Source: an uncultured Clostridia bacterium | Lineage (GTDB): Bacteria > Bacillota > Clostridia > Christensenellales > UBA1242 | NCBI GenBank assembly: GCA_934757845.1 | Contig: CAKVLQ010000003.1 | Location: 43,657 to 107,656, forward strand | Direction of reading: 5' to 3' | DNA: 64,000 bases | Notes under the pieces: model-generated | Seen by the model: only the letters and a program-made list of their open reading frames with translations | Database searches by the model: none | Told to the model about the DNA's origin: nothing | Made by a program: the position numbers and the translations under genes | Part shown: piece by piece, positions 27,608-36,222 of the stretch | Position numbering within the stretch: the first letter of the stretch is position 1 | How the letters are laid out: every line of letters begins with the position of its first letter

Positions 27608-27709
27608 TAACATCGTAACATAACATTTTGAAACCCTTATAAATAAAGGGATTGATAAGTTTTTAACTGCGTAACATATTGGCGTTTTGACTGTGTAACT
27701 GCGTAACAT
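27601..27709 (+). repeat. three perfect 13-nt iterons AACTGCGTAACAT
   Basis: Copies at 27601-13 (overlapping the right arm of the stem), 27665-77 and 27697-709. An extra CGTAACAT half-copy lies at 27614-21. Confidence 0.7.
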
Positions 27710-27742
27710 ACATATTATTTTTTTGATTGGAGCAAATGAGAT

Positions 27743-28684
27743 ATGTCAGAAACAATGAAAAGACGGTGGTGTCTCACTATGAATAATGAGCCACGGTCTT
27801 TGGAAGAACTTAGCGAGTATATAAAAAATTTAGAGCACTTTAAGTATGCAATCTTTCAAAGAGAAGTTGGAGAGCAGAAAGGAACTCCGCATATACAGGC
27901 TTTTATAATATTTTCAGTTGGAAAACGATTTTCTACTATGAAAAACTATTTTCCAGAAGCACATATTGAAGAAGCAAAGGGAACGAATGTTCAGGCTAGA
28001 GATTATTGTTCAAAGAAGGAAACTCGAGTTGAAGGTCCTGTTGAAATTGGGGCATTTGCAGAAGAAAGAGCAAGAACCGATATAAGTAATTTTATGGAGT
28101 TAGTAAAATTAAACACATCTAACGAGGAACTTGAAAAGTTATATCCTAAACTTTATTTAAACAATATTAATAAAATTGAAAGTATTAAAGAACGTGCAAG
28201 ATATGATGAATTTCGGGTTAAGTTGCGAGATATAAATGTTACTTATATTTATGGCAAGCCTGGTATAGGTAAAACGAGTTATATAATAAGTAAGCACCCG
28301 TTAGGAACTTATTATGATGTGCCGTTTTATGGAAATGGAAATTTTGATAATTATAATGGCGAAGATATTATTGTATTTGATGAGTTTACTGGAAAAATAG
28401 ATATTACTTTAATGAATAAACTTCTTGATAGGTATCCAATGCAGTTACCTTCACGGTATTCAAACAAAATTGCTTGTTATACAAAAGTTTATATTGTTTC
28501 AAATTTGCCAATTAGTGAACTTTATAAAAATGATAGAGAAAATGGATTGTTTTATGCATTTTTAAGAAGAATACATACGATTATTAGAATAGATGAAAAA
28601 GGTTTTCACTATGAAAAAAGAACAGTGAATAATATGGCTATTGAATTAATAGAAGAAGGTGGTGAAAATTATGAAAAAAAATAA
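27743..28684 (+). CDS. rep: HUH endonuclease plus SF3 helicase replication initiator (CRESS-DNA-virus / pCRESS-plasmid type Rep)
   Basis: Motif I WCLTMNN, motif II PHIQAFI, motif III DYCSKK, Walker A GKPGIGKT, Walker B IIVFDEF and motif C YIVSN. 313 aa. Confidence 0.8.
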   Translation: MSETMKRRWCLTMNNEPRSLEELSEYIKNLEHFKYAIFQREVGEQKGTPHIQAFIIFSVGKRFSTMKNYFPEAHIEEAKGTNVQARDYCSKKETRVEGPVEIGAFAEERARTDISNFMELVKLNTSNEELEKLYPKLYLNNINKIESIKERARYDEFRVKLRDINVTYIYGKPGIGKTSYIISKHPLGTYYDVPFYGNGNFDNYNGEDIIVFDEFTGKIDITLMNKLLDRYPMQLPSRYSNKIACYTKVYIVSNLPISELYKNDRENGLFYAFLRRIHTIIRIDEKGFHYEKRTVNNMAIELIEEGGENYEKK

Positions 28685-28750
28685 CTGTAAAAAAGAAACT
28701 TAAACAAAAGGGTAAGATTAAATATCAAAAAGAAATAAAGGGAGAAAATT

Positions 28751-29173
28751 ATGAAAGAAAAAGAGAGATATGAAATAGCGGATTTTGAACTTGGAGAGCC
28801 ATCAGTAATGTTTGATAACAAAACACAACAAATAATTTTAACTCTTGAAAATTATTGTTATAATGAAATTTATAAATTAGTTGATTTACTCAACCAGCAA
28901 GACGAAGAAATTAAAGAATTAAAACAACATTCATTAAATGATAAAGAATGGCAAGATTATTGTATTTATAAGAGAATAGAACCACAAATTAAAGGTTGTT
29001 TGGATAGAGAAAATAAACTAATAAAAGAAAACCAACAACTTAAACAATCACAAAAAGAACTTGCTATTAGTGAATCGGATAAGTTGTTTTATAATTTACA
29101 AGGAATGAAACACACCACAAATTTGACAATCATAAGGAGCCTATACGAGTGTATAAAAGGTGGCAAGTGTTAG
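28751..29173 (+). CDS. coiled-coil hypothetical protein (paralog 1)
   Basis: Shares LLNQQDEEIKE and ENQQLKQSQKELAI with the next gene. Confidence 0.5.
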   Translation: MKEKERYEIADFELGEPSVMFDNKTQQIILTLENYCYNEIYKLVDLLNQQDEEIKELKQHSLNDKEWQDYCIYKRIEPQIKGCLDRENKLIKENQQLKQSQKELAISESDKLFYNLQGMKHTTNLTIIRSLYECIKGGKC

Positions 29174-29215
29174 AGTGTATTAATAATCAAATCAAAGAAT
29201 TAAAGGGAGAAAAAT

Positions 29216-29599
29216 ATGGAAAAAAAAGAAAGATATAAATTAATTTATAATGATGAAGAACTGGGCAAGGCAATTATTGATACAGAAGAAGACCTAAGTG
29301 ATGACATTCATAGTTGGAATATTCTGTGTGATTTACTCAACCAGCAAGATAAAGAGATTAAATATTTTCAGAAATTAAATATAGAAATTATCATGCAAAA
29401 TAAGAACATTATAAAAGATGCAGAAATTATAAATCAAGAAAACCAACAACTCAAACAATCACAAAAAGAACTTGCTATAAATGAACTTGAAAAAGCAAAA
29501 AATTTGGCATGTAATGTCATAATAGACCTTGGTTATACAGCTAGACAAATTAACAATTTTCTAGACAATCAAATCAAAAGAATAAAAGAAGGTAAATAA
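29216..29599 (+). CDS. coiled-coil hypothetical protein (paralog 2)
   Basis: 41-nt near-identical block 29438-29478 versus 29025-29065. Confidence 0.5.
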   Translation: MEKKERYKLIYNDEELGKAIIDTEEDLSDDIHSWNILCDLLNQQDKEIKYFQKLNIEIIMQNKNIIKDAEIINQENQQLKQSQKELAINELEKAKNLACNVIIDLGYTARQINNFLDNQIKRIKEGK

Positions 29600-29602
29600 A
29601 CT

Positions 29603-30487
29603 ATGGATATAAACGAAATAATGATAAAAGAAGAAAAAGAATTAACAGAAAGTCAAGCAAAGTTTGTATTGATACATAACAACATTTTAAACGCTGGGGC
29701 AATGATAACTAATAGTGTCATATCATTATCTAAAAATTTAAAAGTTATGAGAGATGAAAAATTGTATTTAGAAGCCGATTGTGAAACTTTTGAAGATTAT
29801 GCAGAAAAAATATGTGGATTAAAACGAAGACAAGCATATAAATACATTCAAGTGTTAGAACAATTAGGTGAAGATTTTGTGCACTCGAGTGCACAAATAG
29901 GTATTACAAAATTATCAATGCTTTCATCACTTCCTGAAGAAGAAAGACAAGCAGTAATTGAAACAGTCGATATAGAAGATTCTAGTGTAACAGAATTAAA
30001 ATCTGAAATTGAAAAATTAACTAAAAAGAATACTGAGTTTGAGAATAAATTTAAAGACAAAGAGGATAAATATAAATACTCTATTGCGGAACTGGAAAAA
30101 GAATTGACTAAACTAAAAGATGAGTTGTCTAAAAAATCTACTCAAATGGAAAAGATAGAAGATGATAAAAAAGTTTCTTCGAATGTCCAAAATGAAGAAT
30201 TAGAAAAGTTGAAAGAAAAAATTAAAAAACTAGAAGGAGAAAAATTATCACAGGAAAATATTTCAAAAATGCATGAGCGGTCTTTGACAAAAATTCAAAA
30301 CAAATGTGAGAGCCTTCAAAAACAATTGGAGATAAATAATTCAACAGCGTTAGTGGAATTCAAATTTAGGTTTGAAGAATTACAGCAAAATATTTATGCA
30401 ATAAATAATTTGATTTCTCGTGTTCCTGAAGATAAAAGAGAAAATTGTAAATTAGCGTTAAAGAAGGTGGTGGAAACATTATGTTAA
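29603..30487 (+). CDS. putative DNA-binding protein (HTH) with long coiled coil
   Basis: FEDYAEKICGLKRRQAYKYIQV HTH-like segment, then a K/E-rich coiled coil. Confidence 0.45.
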   Translation: MDINEIMIKEEKELTESQAKFVLIHNNILNAGAMITNSVISLSKNLKVMRDEKLYLEADCETFEDYAEKICGLKRRQAYKYIQVLEQLGEDFVHSSAQIGITKLSMLSSLPEEERQAVIETVDIEDSSVTELKSEIEKLTKKNTEFENKFKDKEDKYKYSIAELEKELTKLKDELSKKSTQMEKIEDDKKVSSNVQNEELEKLKEKIKKLEGEKLSQENISKMHERSLTKIQNKCESLQKQLEINNSTALVEFKFRFEELQQNIYAINNLISRVPEDKRENCKLALKKVVETLC

Positions 30488-30807
30488 AAAAAGAATTTAT
30501 TTTAATGCAAAGACAGGATTTGGAAACAAGCAATAATTTAGTTTTTAAACAGTTATTAAATGCCGTAGAAGAAGTTTTAGAAGATTATCCGGATTATATA
30601 GATTTTAATTCTAATTTAACTATAGAAGATTGCTATGAAAAAATGAGAACTAGAGCAAAACAAAAAGCAGTTAATAATTGTTACTGTTTTACACCAAAAG
30701 AAACAAAAGAGTTTATTATAGAATATTTAAGTTTAAAAGATATTAAACAAAAAGATTCTATAAATACTACAAAAACAAATTTTATAAATTTAGAAGATTT
30801 TATATAG
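30481..30807 (+). CDS. PcfK-like protein (tentative)
   Basis: About 108 aa, immediately upstream of a PcfJ-like gene as in enterococcal conjugative plasmids. Called from position and size only. Confidence 0.3.
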   Translation: MLKKEFILMQRQDLETSNNLVFKQLLNAVEEVLEDYPDYIDFNSNLTIEDCYEKMRTRAKQKAVNNCYCFTPKETKEFIIEYLSLKDIKQKDSINTTKTNFINLEDFI

Positions 30808-30815
30808 GTGGTAAT

Positions 30816-32312
30816 ATGGCATATATAAAAGTTGAAGATAGAAAATTATTAAAAGAAGTTTGTGATTGTTGTAATAGAGATAATTTACCAAAAGATATTG
30901 ATATTTGGCTTGATAAAACGGTTTTTAAAGAACATAGGTATTTGTTTTATAAAAAAACTGAAAATAATGTTTTAGGTTATTGCCAAAATTGTAAATGCGA
31001 AAATATGGTTATCAAAAAAGATAAATCACAAAGATTTATATATTGTCTTAATTGCCATGGGAAGATGAAATTAAAAAATATTAAATTTAAAGAATGTTGC
31101 GATAGAGATTATTTTCAATATGTAACAAAATTGTCTGATGAAACTTTTATTTTAAGAACATTTAGGGTTGAACGAATTACACATTATTTAAGCATTAAAT
31201 ATGTTTATTTTGAAATGCAAAGACTGTTGTTTAAAATTGATTTTTTTAATAGTAATGTTTATTTTCATCGATATTATAGGGAATATAATTCTGATTGGAC
31301 TTTGGGTTATTATAAAAATATGGCGTATACTTTGCCAGATTGTTTATATGTATATAATAAAAACTTAATGATGTTTAATATTGGCCATTTAAAATATTTG
31401 CCTTTAAATAAATTTTGTTTGAATACTAAAATAGATTTATATAGTTTTTTTAAATCTTACTACAAATTTCCGCAATATGAATATTTGATTAAGTTAAAGT
31501 TGTATAATTTAGTATCAGATTTTGTAGATAGAGATTACTTGTCTTATAAAAATTATGATGCTAAAGAAAATAATATAATTAAGTTTTTAAAACTTGAGAA
31601 GCCATATTTTAAATATTTAATTAATCATAATTTAGATTCCTTTGATTTTAATAGTTTACAGTATTTACAAAAATATAATATTAAACCTAGTAAAAAAGAT
31701 TTAGAATTTATGCATGTGTTTAAATCGGCGTTTAATTCTGATGATGTTTTTAAAACAATTAGTTATACTTCGTTAAAAAAATATTATTTTAAAACTTTAA
31801 AAGATTATAATAATTTAAGGGATTATGGAGATTATTTAGAAAATGCAAAAATATTGAAATATGATTTATCAGATACGAAATATTTAAAACCTAAAGATTT
31901 TAAAATAGCTCATGATATGGCTTATATGAAAGTGGAGTCAATAAAAAATAAATCGTTATATGATGCGGTTCAATCAAAATGTAAAAAATATCAAAAATTA
32001 AAATATGAGAGTAAAAAATATTCCATAGTTGTGCCAAAAAGGGCCGAGGATATTATTCAAGAAGGAATTGATAATCATAACTGTGTAGGTTCATATTTAG
32101 GTCGTGTTAAAGACGGTAATTCAATTATTTGTTTTGTTCGACATAGTGATAGTTTAAATAAAAGTTTTTATACATTGGAGCTTAACCCAAAAACTTTGAA
32201 GGTTGAGCAGTGTCGAGGGTATTCAAACGGGACAACACCAGAAGAAACAGCTGTTCAAAAATTTGTAACTGCTTGGCGAAAAAATATAGTATTAAAGAAA
32301 ATGAAGATATAA
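30816..32312 (+). CDS. PcfJ-like protein
   Basis: N-terminal Cys-rich fingers. C-terminal EGIDNHNCVGSYLGRV..G.SIICFVR....FYTLEL......QCRGYSN recalled as the PcfJ signature. Confidence 0.5.
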   Translation: MAYIKVEDRKLLKEVCDCCNRDNLPKDIDIWLDKTVFKEHRYLFYKKTENNVLGYCQNCKCENMVIKKDKSQRFIYCLNCHGKMKLKNIKFKECCDRDYFQYVTKLSDETFILRTFRVERITHYLSIKYVYFEMQRLLFKIDFFNSNVYFHRYYREYNSDWTLGYYKNMAYTLPDCLYVYNKNLMMFNIGHLKYLPLNKFCLNTKIDLYSFFKSYYKFPQYEYLIKLKLYNLVSDFVDRDYLSYKNYDAKENNIIKFLKLEKPYFKYLINHNLDSFDFNSLQYLQKYNIKPSKKDLEFMHVFKSAFNSDDVFKTISYTSLKKYYFKTLKDYNNLRDYGDYLENAKILKYDLSDTKYLKPKDFKIAHDMAYMKVESIKNKSLYDAVQSKCKKYQKLKYESKKYSIVVPKRAEDIIQEGIDNHNCVGSYLGRVKDGNSIICFVRHSDSLNKSFYTLELNPKTLKVEQCRGYSNGTTPEETAVQKFVTAWRKNIVLKKMKI

Positions 32313-32314
32313 AA

Positions 32315-32344
32315 ACAGAGGATATAAAATCCTCTGTTTTTTTT
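32315..32344 (+). terminator. rho-independent terminator at the right end of the element
   Basis: ACAGAGGA-tataaaa-TCCTCTGT stem plus a T8 run. Confidence 0.65.
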
Positions 32345-32373
32345 AATAAAATAAAGACTAAAATTAACTTAAA

Positions 32374-32396
32374 ACTTGTATCAAAACTTGTATCAA
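32374..32396 (+). repeat. tandem arm-type repeats ACTTGTATCAA x2 (12-nt period)
   Basis: Copies at 32374-32384 and 32386-32396, about 50 nt inside attR. They share T(G/T)GTATCAA with the left-arm repeats, in the same orientation. Confidence 0.6.
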
Positions 32397-32445
32397 TGTG
32401 AAGCAATCCCTTTATTTGTCGAATGTTTATTGCTATTTTGTCCTC

Positions 32446-32491
32446 ACTGAAAATCCTCGTGTCGGTGGTTCGATTCCGCCTCGAGGCACCA
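32446..32491 (+). repeat. attR core (orphan copy of the tRNA-Phe 3' part)
   Basis: 46/46 identity with 13555-13600. No tRNA 5' half lies upstream. Confidence 0.9.
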
Positions 32492-32503
32492 GTAAAGCAA
32501 TTA

Positions 32504-32529
32504 AGTCTTTCATTTGAAAGGCTTTTTTT
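32504..32529 (+). terminator. native terminator of the tRNA operon, displaced beyond attR
   Basis: AGTCTTTCA-tt-TGAAAGGCT stem plus a T-run, 12 nt after the orphan tRNA-Phe 3' end. Confidence 0.65.
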
Positions 32530-32740
32530 ATTATTTTAAAAGCATATTATAAAATCTAAATTTTTAAAATCAAATATAAAATTCAAATGTAAAGGTAAAA
32601 AATAAACAAAATTTTTTAATTGTGTTTAAAAACTTTTAGAATTGAAAAAAATTATTAAAAATTTATATAATTTATTTTACTTTTTTGTTGAATTTTGCTA
32701 TTCTTTTTGTGGAAAAATAATTTTAAAGGATTTATATATA

Positions 32741-33637
32741 ATGATTAATACTTTTGCAATTTCAACCGATTCTACTTCTGATTTCTATGCTGACGAAATA
32801 GAAAAACTTGGTTTGTTTGTTGGAAAACTAAATTACACAATGGAAGAAAAAGGAAGTATCACCGAATATCTTGATGATTTTAAATGCTATGACGATTATG
32901 TTAATTTTTATCAAGCACTAAAAAGAGGAGTTATTGCTCGAACTTCAATTTTGAATTTTGATGCCCATGTTGAACTTTTCACAAAAATGGCAAAAAGCGG
33001 AATTAAAAATGCTTTGCATATCAGTCAAGGAAAGGGTTTAAGCCCAACTATTGACCGTGCTAATGAAGCGATTTGTGAAGTTAAAAAACAATTTCCAGAC
33101 ATTAACTATATTGCTATTGAAAGCAACACAACAACTGTTAGTGAAGGAAATTTGGTTAGAACGGCTTTGAAACTTCGTGAAGAAGGCAAAAGTTTAAGTG
33201 AAACAGTTGAAATAATTGAAAAATTAAAACCTTTAACCCAACATTTTATTGCCGTAAACGACCTTATGCATTTAAAACGGGGCGGAAGAATTAGTGGCAC
33301 TGCCGCAACAATAGGAACAATACTTCAACTTAAACCAATTATAGAATTTACAAAAGAAGGCAAACTTTCAGTTGTTAGAAAAGAAAACGGAATTAAAAAA
33401 GCATTCAAATCTATTGTTAATGAAGTAAAACAAAACTATACTTTTAACAAAGAATTTTGTTTCCCAAAGGTTGTTCACACCGATAATATTGAAGGAGCAA
33501 AATTGCTTGCCGACATGATTAAGCAAGAGTTTAATATAGAGCCAGAAATTAGAATTATGGGTCCAATTATTGGTGCTCATGTTGGTCCTGGTGCTGTTGC
33601 TTTCACATTTGTTTCAAATGAAGAAAGAAAATATTAA
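32741..33637 (+). CDS. DegV family fatty-acid-binding protein
   Basis: FAISTDSTSD N-terminus and HLKRGGRISG motif. ATG 32741 is preferred over the TTG track start. Confidence 0.8.
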   Translation: MINTFAISTDSTSDFYADEIEKLGLFVGKLNYTMEEKGSITEYLDDFKCYDDYVNFYQALKRGVIARTSILNFDAHVELFTKMAKSGIKNALHISQGKGLSPTIDRANEAICEVKKQFPDINYIAIESNTTTVSEGNLVRTALKLREEGKSLSETVEIIEKLKPLTQHFIAVNDLMHLKRGGRISGTAATIGTILQLKPIIEFTKEGKLSVVRKENGIKKAFKSIVNEVKQNYTFNKEFCFPKVVHTDNIEGAKLLADMIKQEFNIEPEIRIMGPIIGAHVGPGAVAFTFVSNEERKY

Positions 33638-33739
33638 AATTTTAGTCTAAACTTTTTGTTTAGGCTTTTTTATTTTACAAATAATATATGTTAAATTAAA
33701 AACGAACAAAAATAAAAAGTGAAAAATTTTTTAAAATTG

Positions 33740-33768
33740 TTGACATTGCAGTTTTTTTGGGGTAATAT
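33740..33768 (+). promoter_or_regulatory. sigma-A-type promoter of the ABC-F leader
   Basis: TTGACA 33740-45, 17-nt spacer, TAATAT 33763-68. Confidence 0.5.
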
Positions 33769-33789
33769 AATAATATAAGGAGAGAAGAA

Positions 33790-33816
33790 ATGAATAAAAA
33801 AATAAACAAAAACTAA
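33790..33816 (+). CDS. 8-codon leader peptide MNKKINKN
   Basis: AAGGAG RBS 33777-82. Followed by alternative hairpins and a terminator upstream of the ABC-F gene. Confidence 0.45.
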   Translation: MNKKINKN

Positions 33817-33905
33817 ATAATCACATAAAGCATAATTCGGTTTTATGTGAAAAGCGCATAAGACTGATAGATTTATTAGTTGGTTTATTTTTATATATCA
33901 ATTTG

Positions 33906-33932
33906 AAATTTGCAGTGATGCAAATTTTTTTT
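33906..33932 (+). terminator. attenuator terminator in the ABC-F leader
   Basis: AAATTTGCA-gtga-TGCAAATTT stem plus a T-run, 40 nt before the ABC-F start. Confidence 0.6.
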
Positions 33933-33974
33933 ATTAGTTCTTATGTTAAATTTGACGCATAAGGGGGAATTGAT

Positions 33975-35474
33975 ATGATTATTCTTAATAACATTAGCAA
34001 AGAATTTGCAGATAAAAAACTTTTTGAAAACTTGAATTTAACAATTTATGACGGAGAAAAAATTGGCATTGTTGGTGCAAATGGCTCTGGCAAAAGCACT
34101 CTTATGAATATAATATCAAAAGATTTGTTGCCAGAGTGCGGGCAAGTGAATTTGATTGGAAACATTGAATATGTTAAACAATCAACTGATTTTGACAATA
34201 ACAAAACTATTGACGAAAACATTGAATTTAAAAAACTATGCCAAGAAATTGAACTAAACAAAAACTTTGAAGAATTGAATGGCAACACACAAAATTTTTC
34301 AGGCGGAGAAAAAACAAAACTTGCTTTAATAAAAGCCTTTAACAACACTAGTGCCAGCATAATCTTGCTTGACGAGCCAACTAATCATCTTGACGAAAAT
34401 GGGATTTTGTGGCTTATTGAAAAAATCAAAAATTTTGAGGGCACTATTGTTGCAATATCGCATGACCGATTTTTTTTGAACCAAATTGCAAACAAAATTA
34501 TTGAAATTGAAAATGGGCAAGTTTTTGAATATTATGGAAATTATGACGATTATTATTTGCAAAAAACAGAAAAAATTGAATTTGAAAAAAAGCAATATGC
34601 TTTTCAAAAATCTTTGAACCAAAAAATTGAAAATCAAATTGCCAAACTAAAACAAAAAGCCCATGAACTTGACAAAAATTCTAGGCGTGATGGTTCGTCA
34701 GACAAACGGAGCAAAGGCTTTAAGGGTGGAATGGCAGTTAAAGCGTCAAAATTAAGCAAACAAGCAAAAGCCAAAGAAACACGACTTGTTCAAGAAAAAC
34801 AAAAAATGATTGAAAGACCAGTTGAAGCAAAAGAAATTTTTTATAAATTAAATGCTCAAAACATTGGTTCAAAAGTTTTGATTAAAGCCGAAAATATTAG
34901 CAAATCATTTGGAACAAACACTCTTTTTGAAAACGCAAATTTTGTGATTGAAAATGGCGAAAAAGTTGCTCTTTGCGGACTTAATGGCTGTGGAAAAACC
35001 ACGCTTTTAAAAATGATTTTGGAAAAAGAACCATTTAATGGGCATATTTGGTTATCCAGTGCTGTTAAAATTGCTTATTTGTCGCAAGATGTTTTTGACC
35101 TTAAAAATAACTCAACAATTATTGATTTTGCAAGCCAAAATGGTTATGAATATAAAACTAAATTTTTAACAAATCTTGCAAATATGGGGCTTGACAAACA
35201 ACTTTTTAACAAAAAAATTAACACTTTGTCGCTTGGGGAAAGAATGAAAATAAAAATCAATGAAATAATTTTAAGCGACTATAATTTGCTGATATTAGAT
35301 GAGCCCGCAAATCATTTGGACATTAATAATAAAATATTTTTGGAAAATGTGCTTAAAAATTTTGATGGCTCGCTGATTATTGTTAGTCATGACAAAAGTT
35401 TTGTTAAAAATGTGTGCAATAAAATTTTGAAAATAGAAAACAAAACTATTTCAAAACAAGATATATATAATTAA
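33975..35474 (+). CDS. ABC-F family ATPase, probable ribosomal-protection (ARE-type) protein
   Basis: Two ABC cassettes (GANGSGKST / GLNGCGKTT, with LSGGE-type signatures), no TM domain, and a basic interdomain linker of about 80 aa. Confidence 0.75.
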   Translation: MIILNNISKEFADKKLFENLNLTIYDGEKIGIVGANGSGKSTLMNIISKDLLPECGQVNLIGNIEYVKQSTDFDNNKTIDENIEFKKLCQEIELNKNFEELNGNTQNFSGGEKTKLALIKAFNNTSASIILLDEPTNHLDENGILWLIEKIKNFEGTIVAISHDRFFLNQIANKIIEIENGQVFEYYGNYDDYYLQKTEKIEFEKKQYAFQKSLNQKIENQIAKLKQKAHELDKNSRRDGSSDKRSKGFKGGMAVKASKLSKQAKAKETRLVQEKQKMIERPVEAKEIFYKLNAQNIGSKVLIKAENISKSFGTNTLFENANFVIENGEKVALCGLNGCGKTTLLKMILEKEPFNGHIWLSSAVKIAYLSQDVFDLKNNSTIIDFASQNGYEYKTKFLTNLANMGLDKQLFNKKINTLSLGERMKIKINEIILSDYNLLILDEPANHLDINNKIFLENVLKNFDGSLIIVSHDKSFVKNVCNKILKIENKTISKQDIYN

Positions 35475-35587
35475 AAATTCATTGTTTAAAAATTTTAGGC
35501 AAGATATTACAAATTTTTATATGTGAATATTTGAATATTAAAATCAAGGTCAAAATTGTTACAATTTTTTACAAGTTTAAACAAAAA

Positions 35588-35615
35588 AATCTCAAAATAA
35601 AGTGAGATTTTTTTT
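35588..35615. terminator. bidirectional terminator
   Basis: AATCTCA-aaataaag-TGAGATT stem flanked by A- and T-runs, between convergent genes. Confidence 0.55.
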
Positions 35616-36222
35616 ATAGTGTATTTTTGGATAAATCCAACAAATCTTGATTTTTCGTTTCAATTTCAGTTTCGGTTTTTGTTTTTATATTTTGTTTTTT
35701 CAAATTTTTTAGACTTTTAATTAATCCAATAAGCCCAAACACAAAAGTTATACTTTGCGAAATTCCGCCAAGAATAGAACCTATTAGGAAAAGATAGACA
35801 ATAATTAAACTTGCATAAATTAAAGCCCCAAATTTATAAAATATTACATTTTTGAAACTTAAAGTTATATTAACCACAACAGTGGCAATTAAAGGAAGCA
35901 AGCAATAAATTCCGTCCCAAGTGAAAATTGCACAAACAATGCTTAACAAACTAAAAAGCACGCAAGCAAAAATTCGAATTATTGGTTTGTTAAACTTTTC
36001 TTTTTTGTCTAATAAGAAAAAAACTAATAGTCTTATTGTTTCTAGCACCGCAACAAAGCCCGCCAAATTTGCTTTTAGCAAAAAATAGTGGGAGATATAG
36101 AAAACACTTGAAATCATTTGAAGAGCAAGCATTTTTTGCTTGGTTTTTAAAATCAAACTTATTGAATAAATGCAAGCCGAAATACAAATGAACACTTGTG
36201 ATAATATAAATTCAATCGTCAT
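35614..36222 (-). CDS. integral membrane protein
   Basis: Six hydrophobic segments. AAGGAAG RBS before ATG 36222. Confidence 0.55.
   Translation of the reverse strand: MTIEFILSQVFICISACIYSISLILKTKQKMLALQMISSVFYISHYFLLKANLAGFVAVLETIRLLVFFLLDKKEKFNKPIIRIFACVLFSLLSIVCAIFTWDGIYCLLPLIATVVVNITLSFKNVIFYKFGALIYASLIIVYLFLIGSILGGISQSITFVFGLIGLIKSLKNLKKQNIKTKTETEIETKNQDLLDLSKNTL

Noticed and set aside
32182-32406. ORFs 32182-32406 (-) and 32210-32401 (+) at the right end of the element
   Set aside because: They overlap the 3' end of the PcfJ-like gene, its terminator and the arm-type repeats. They have no RBS and are most likely non-coding.
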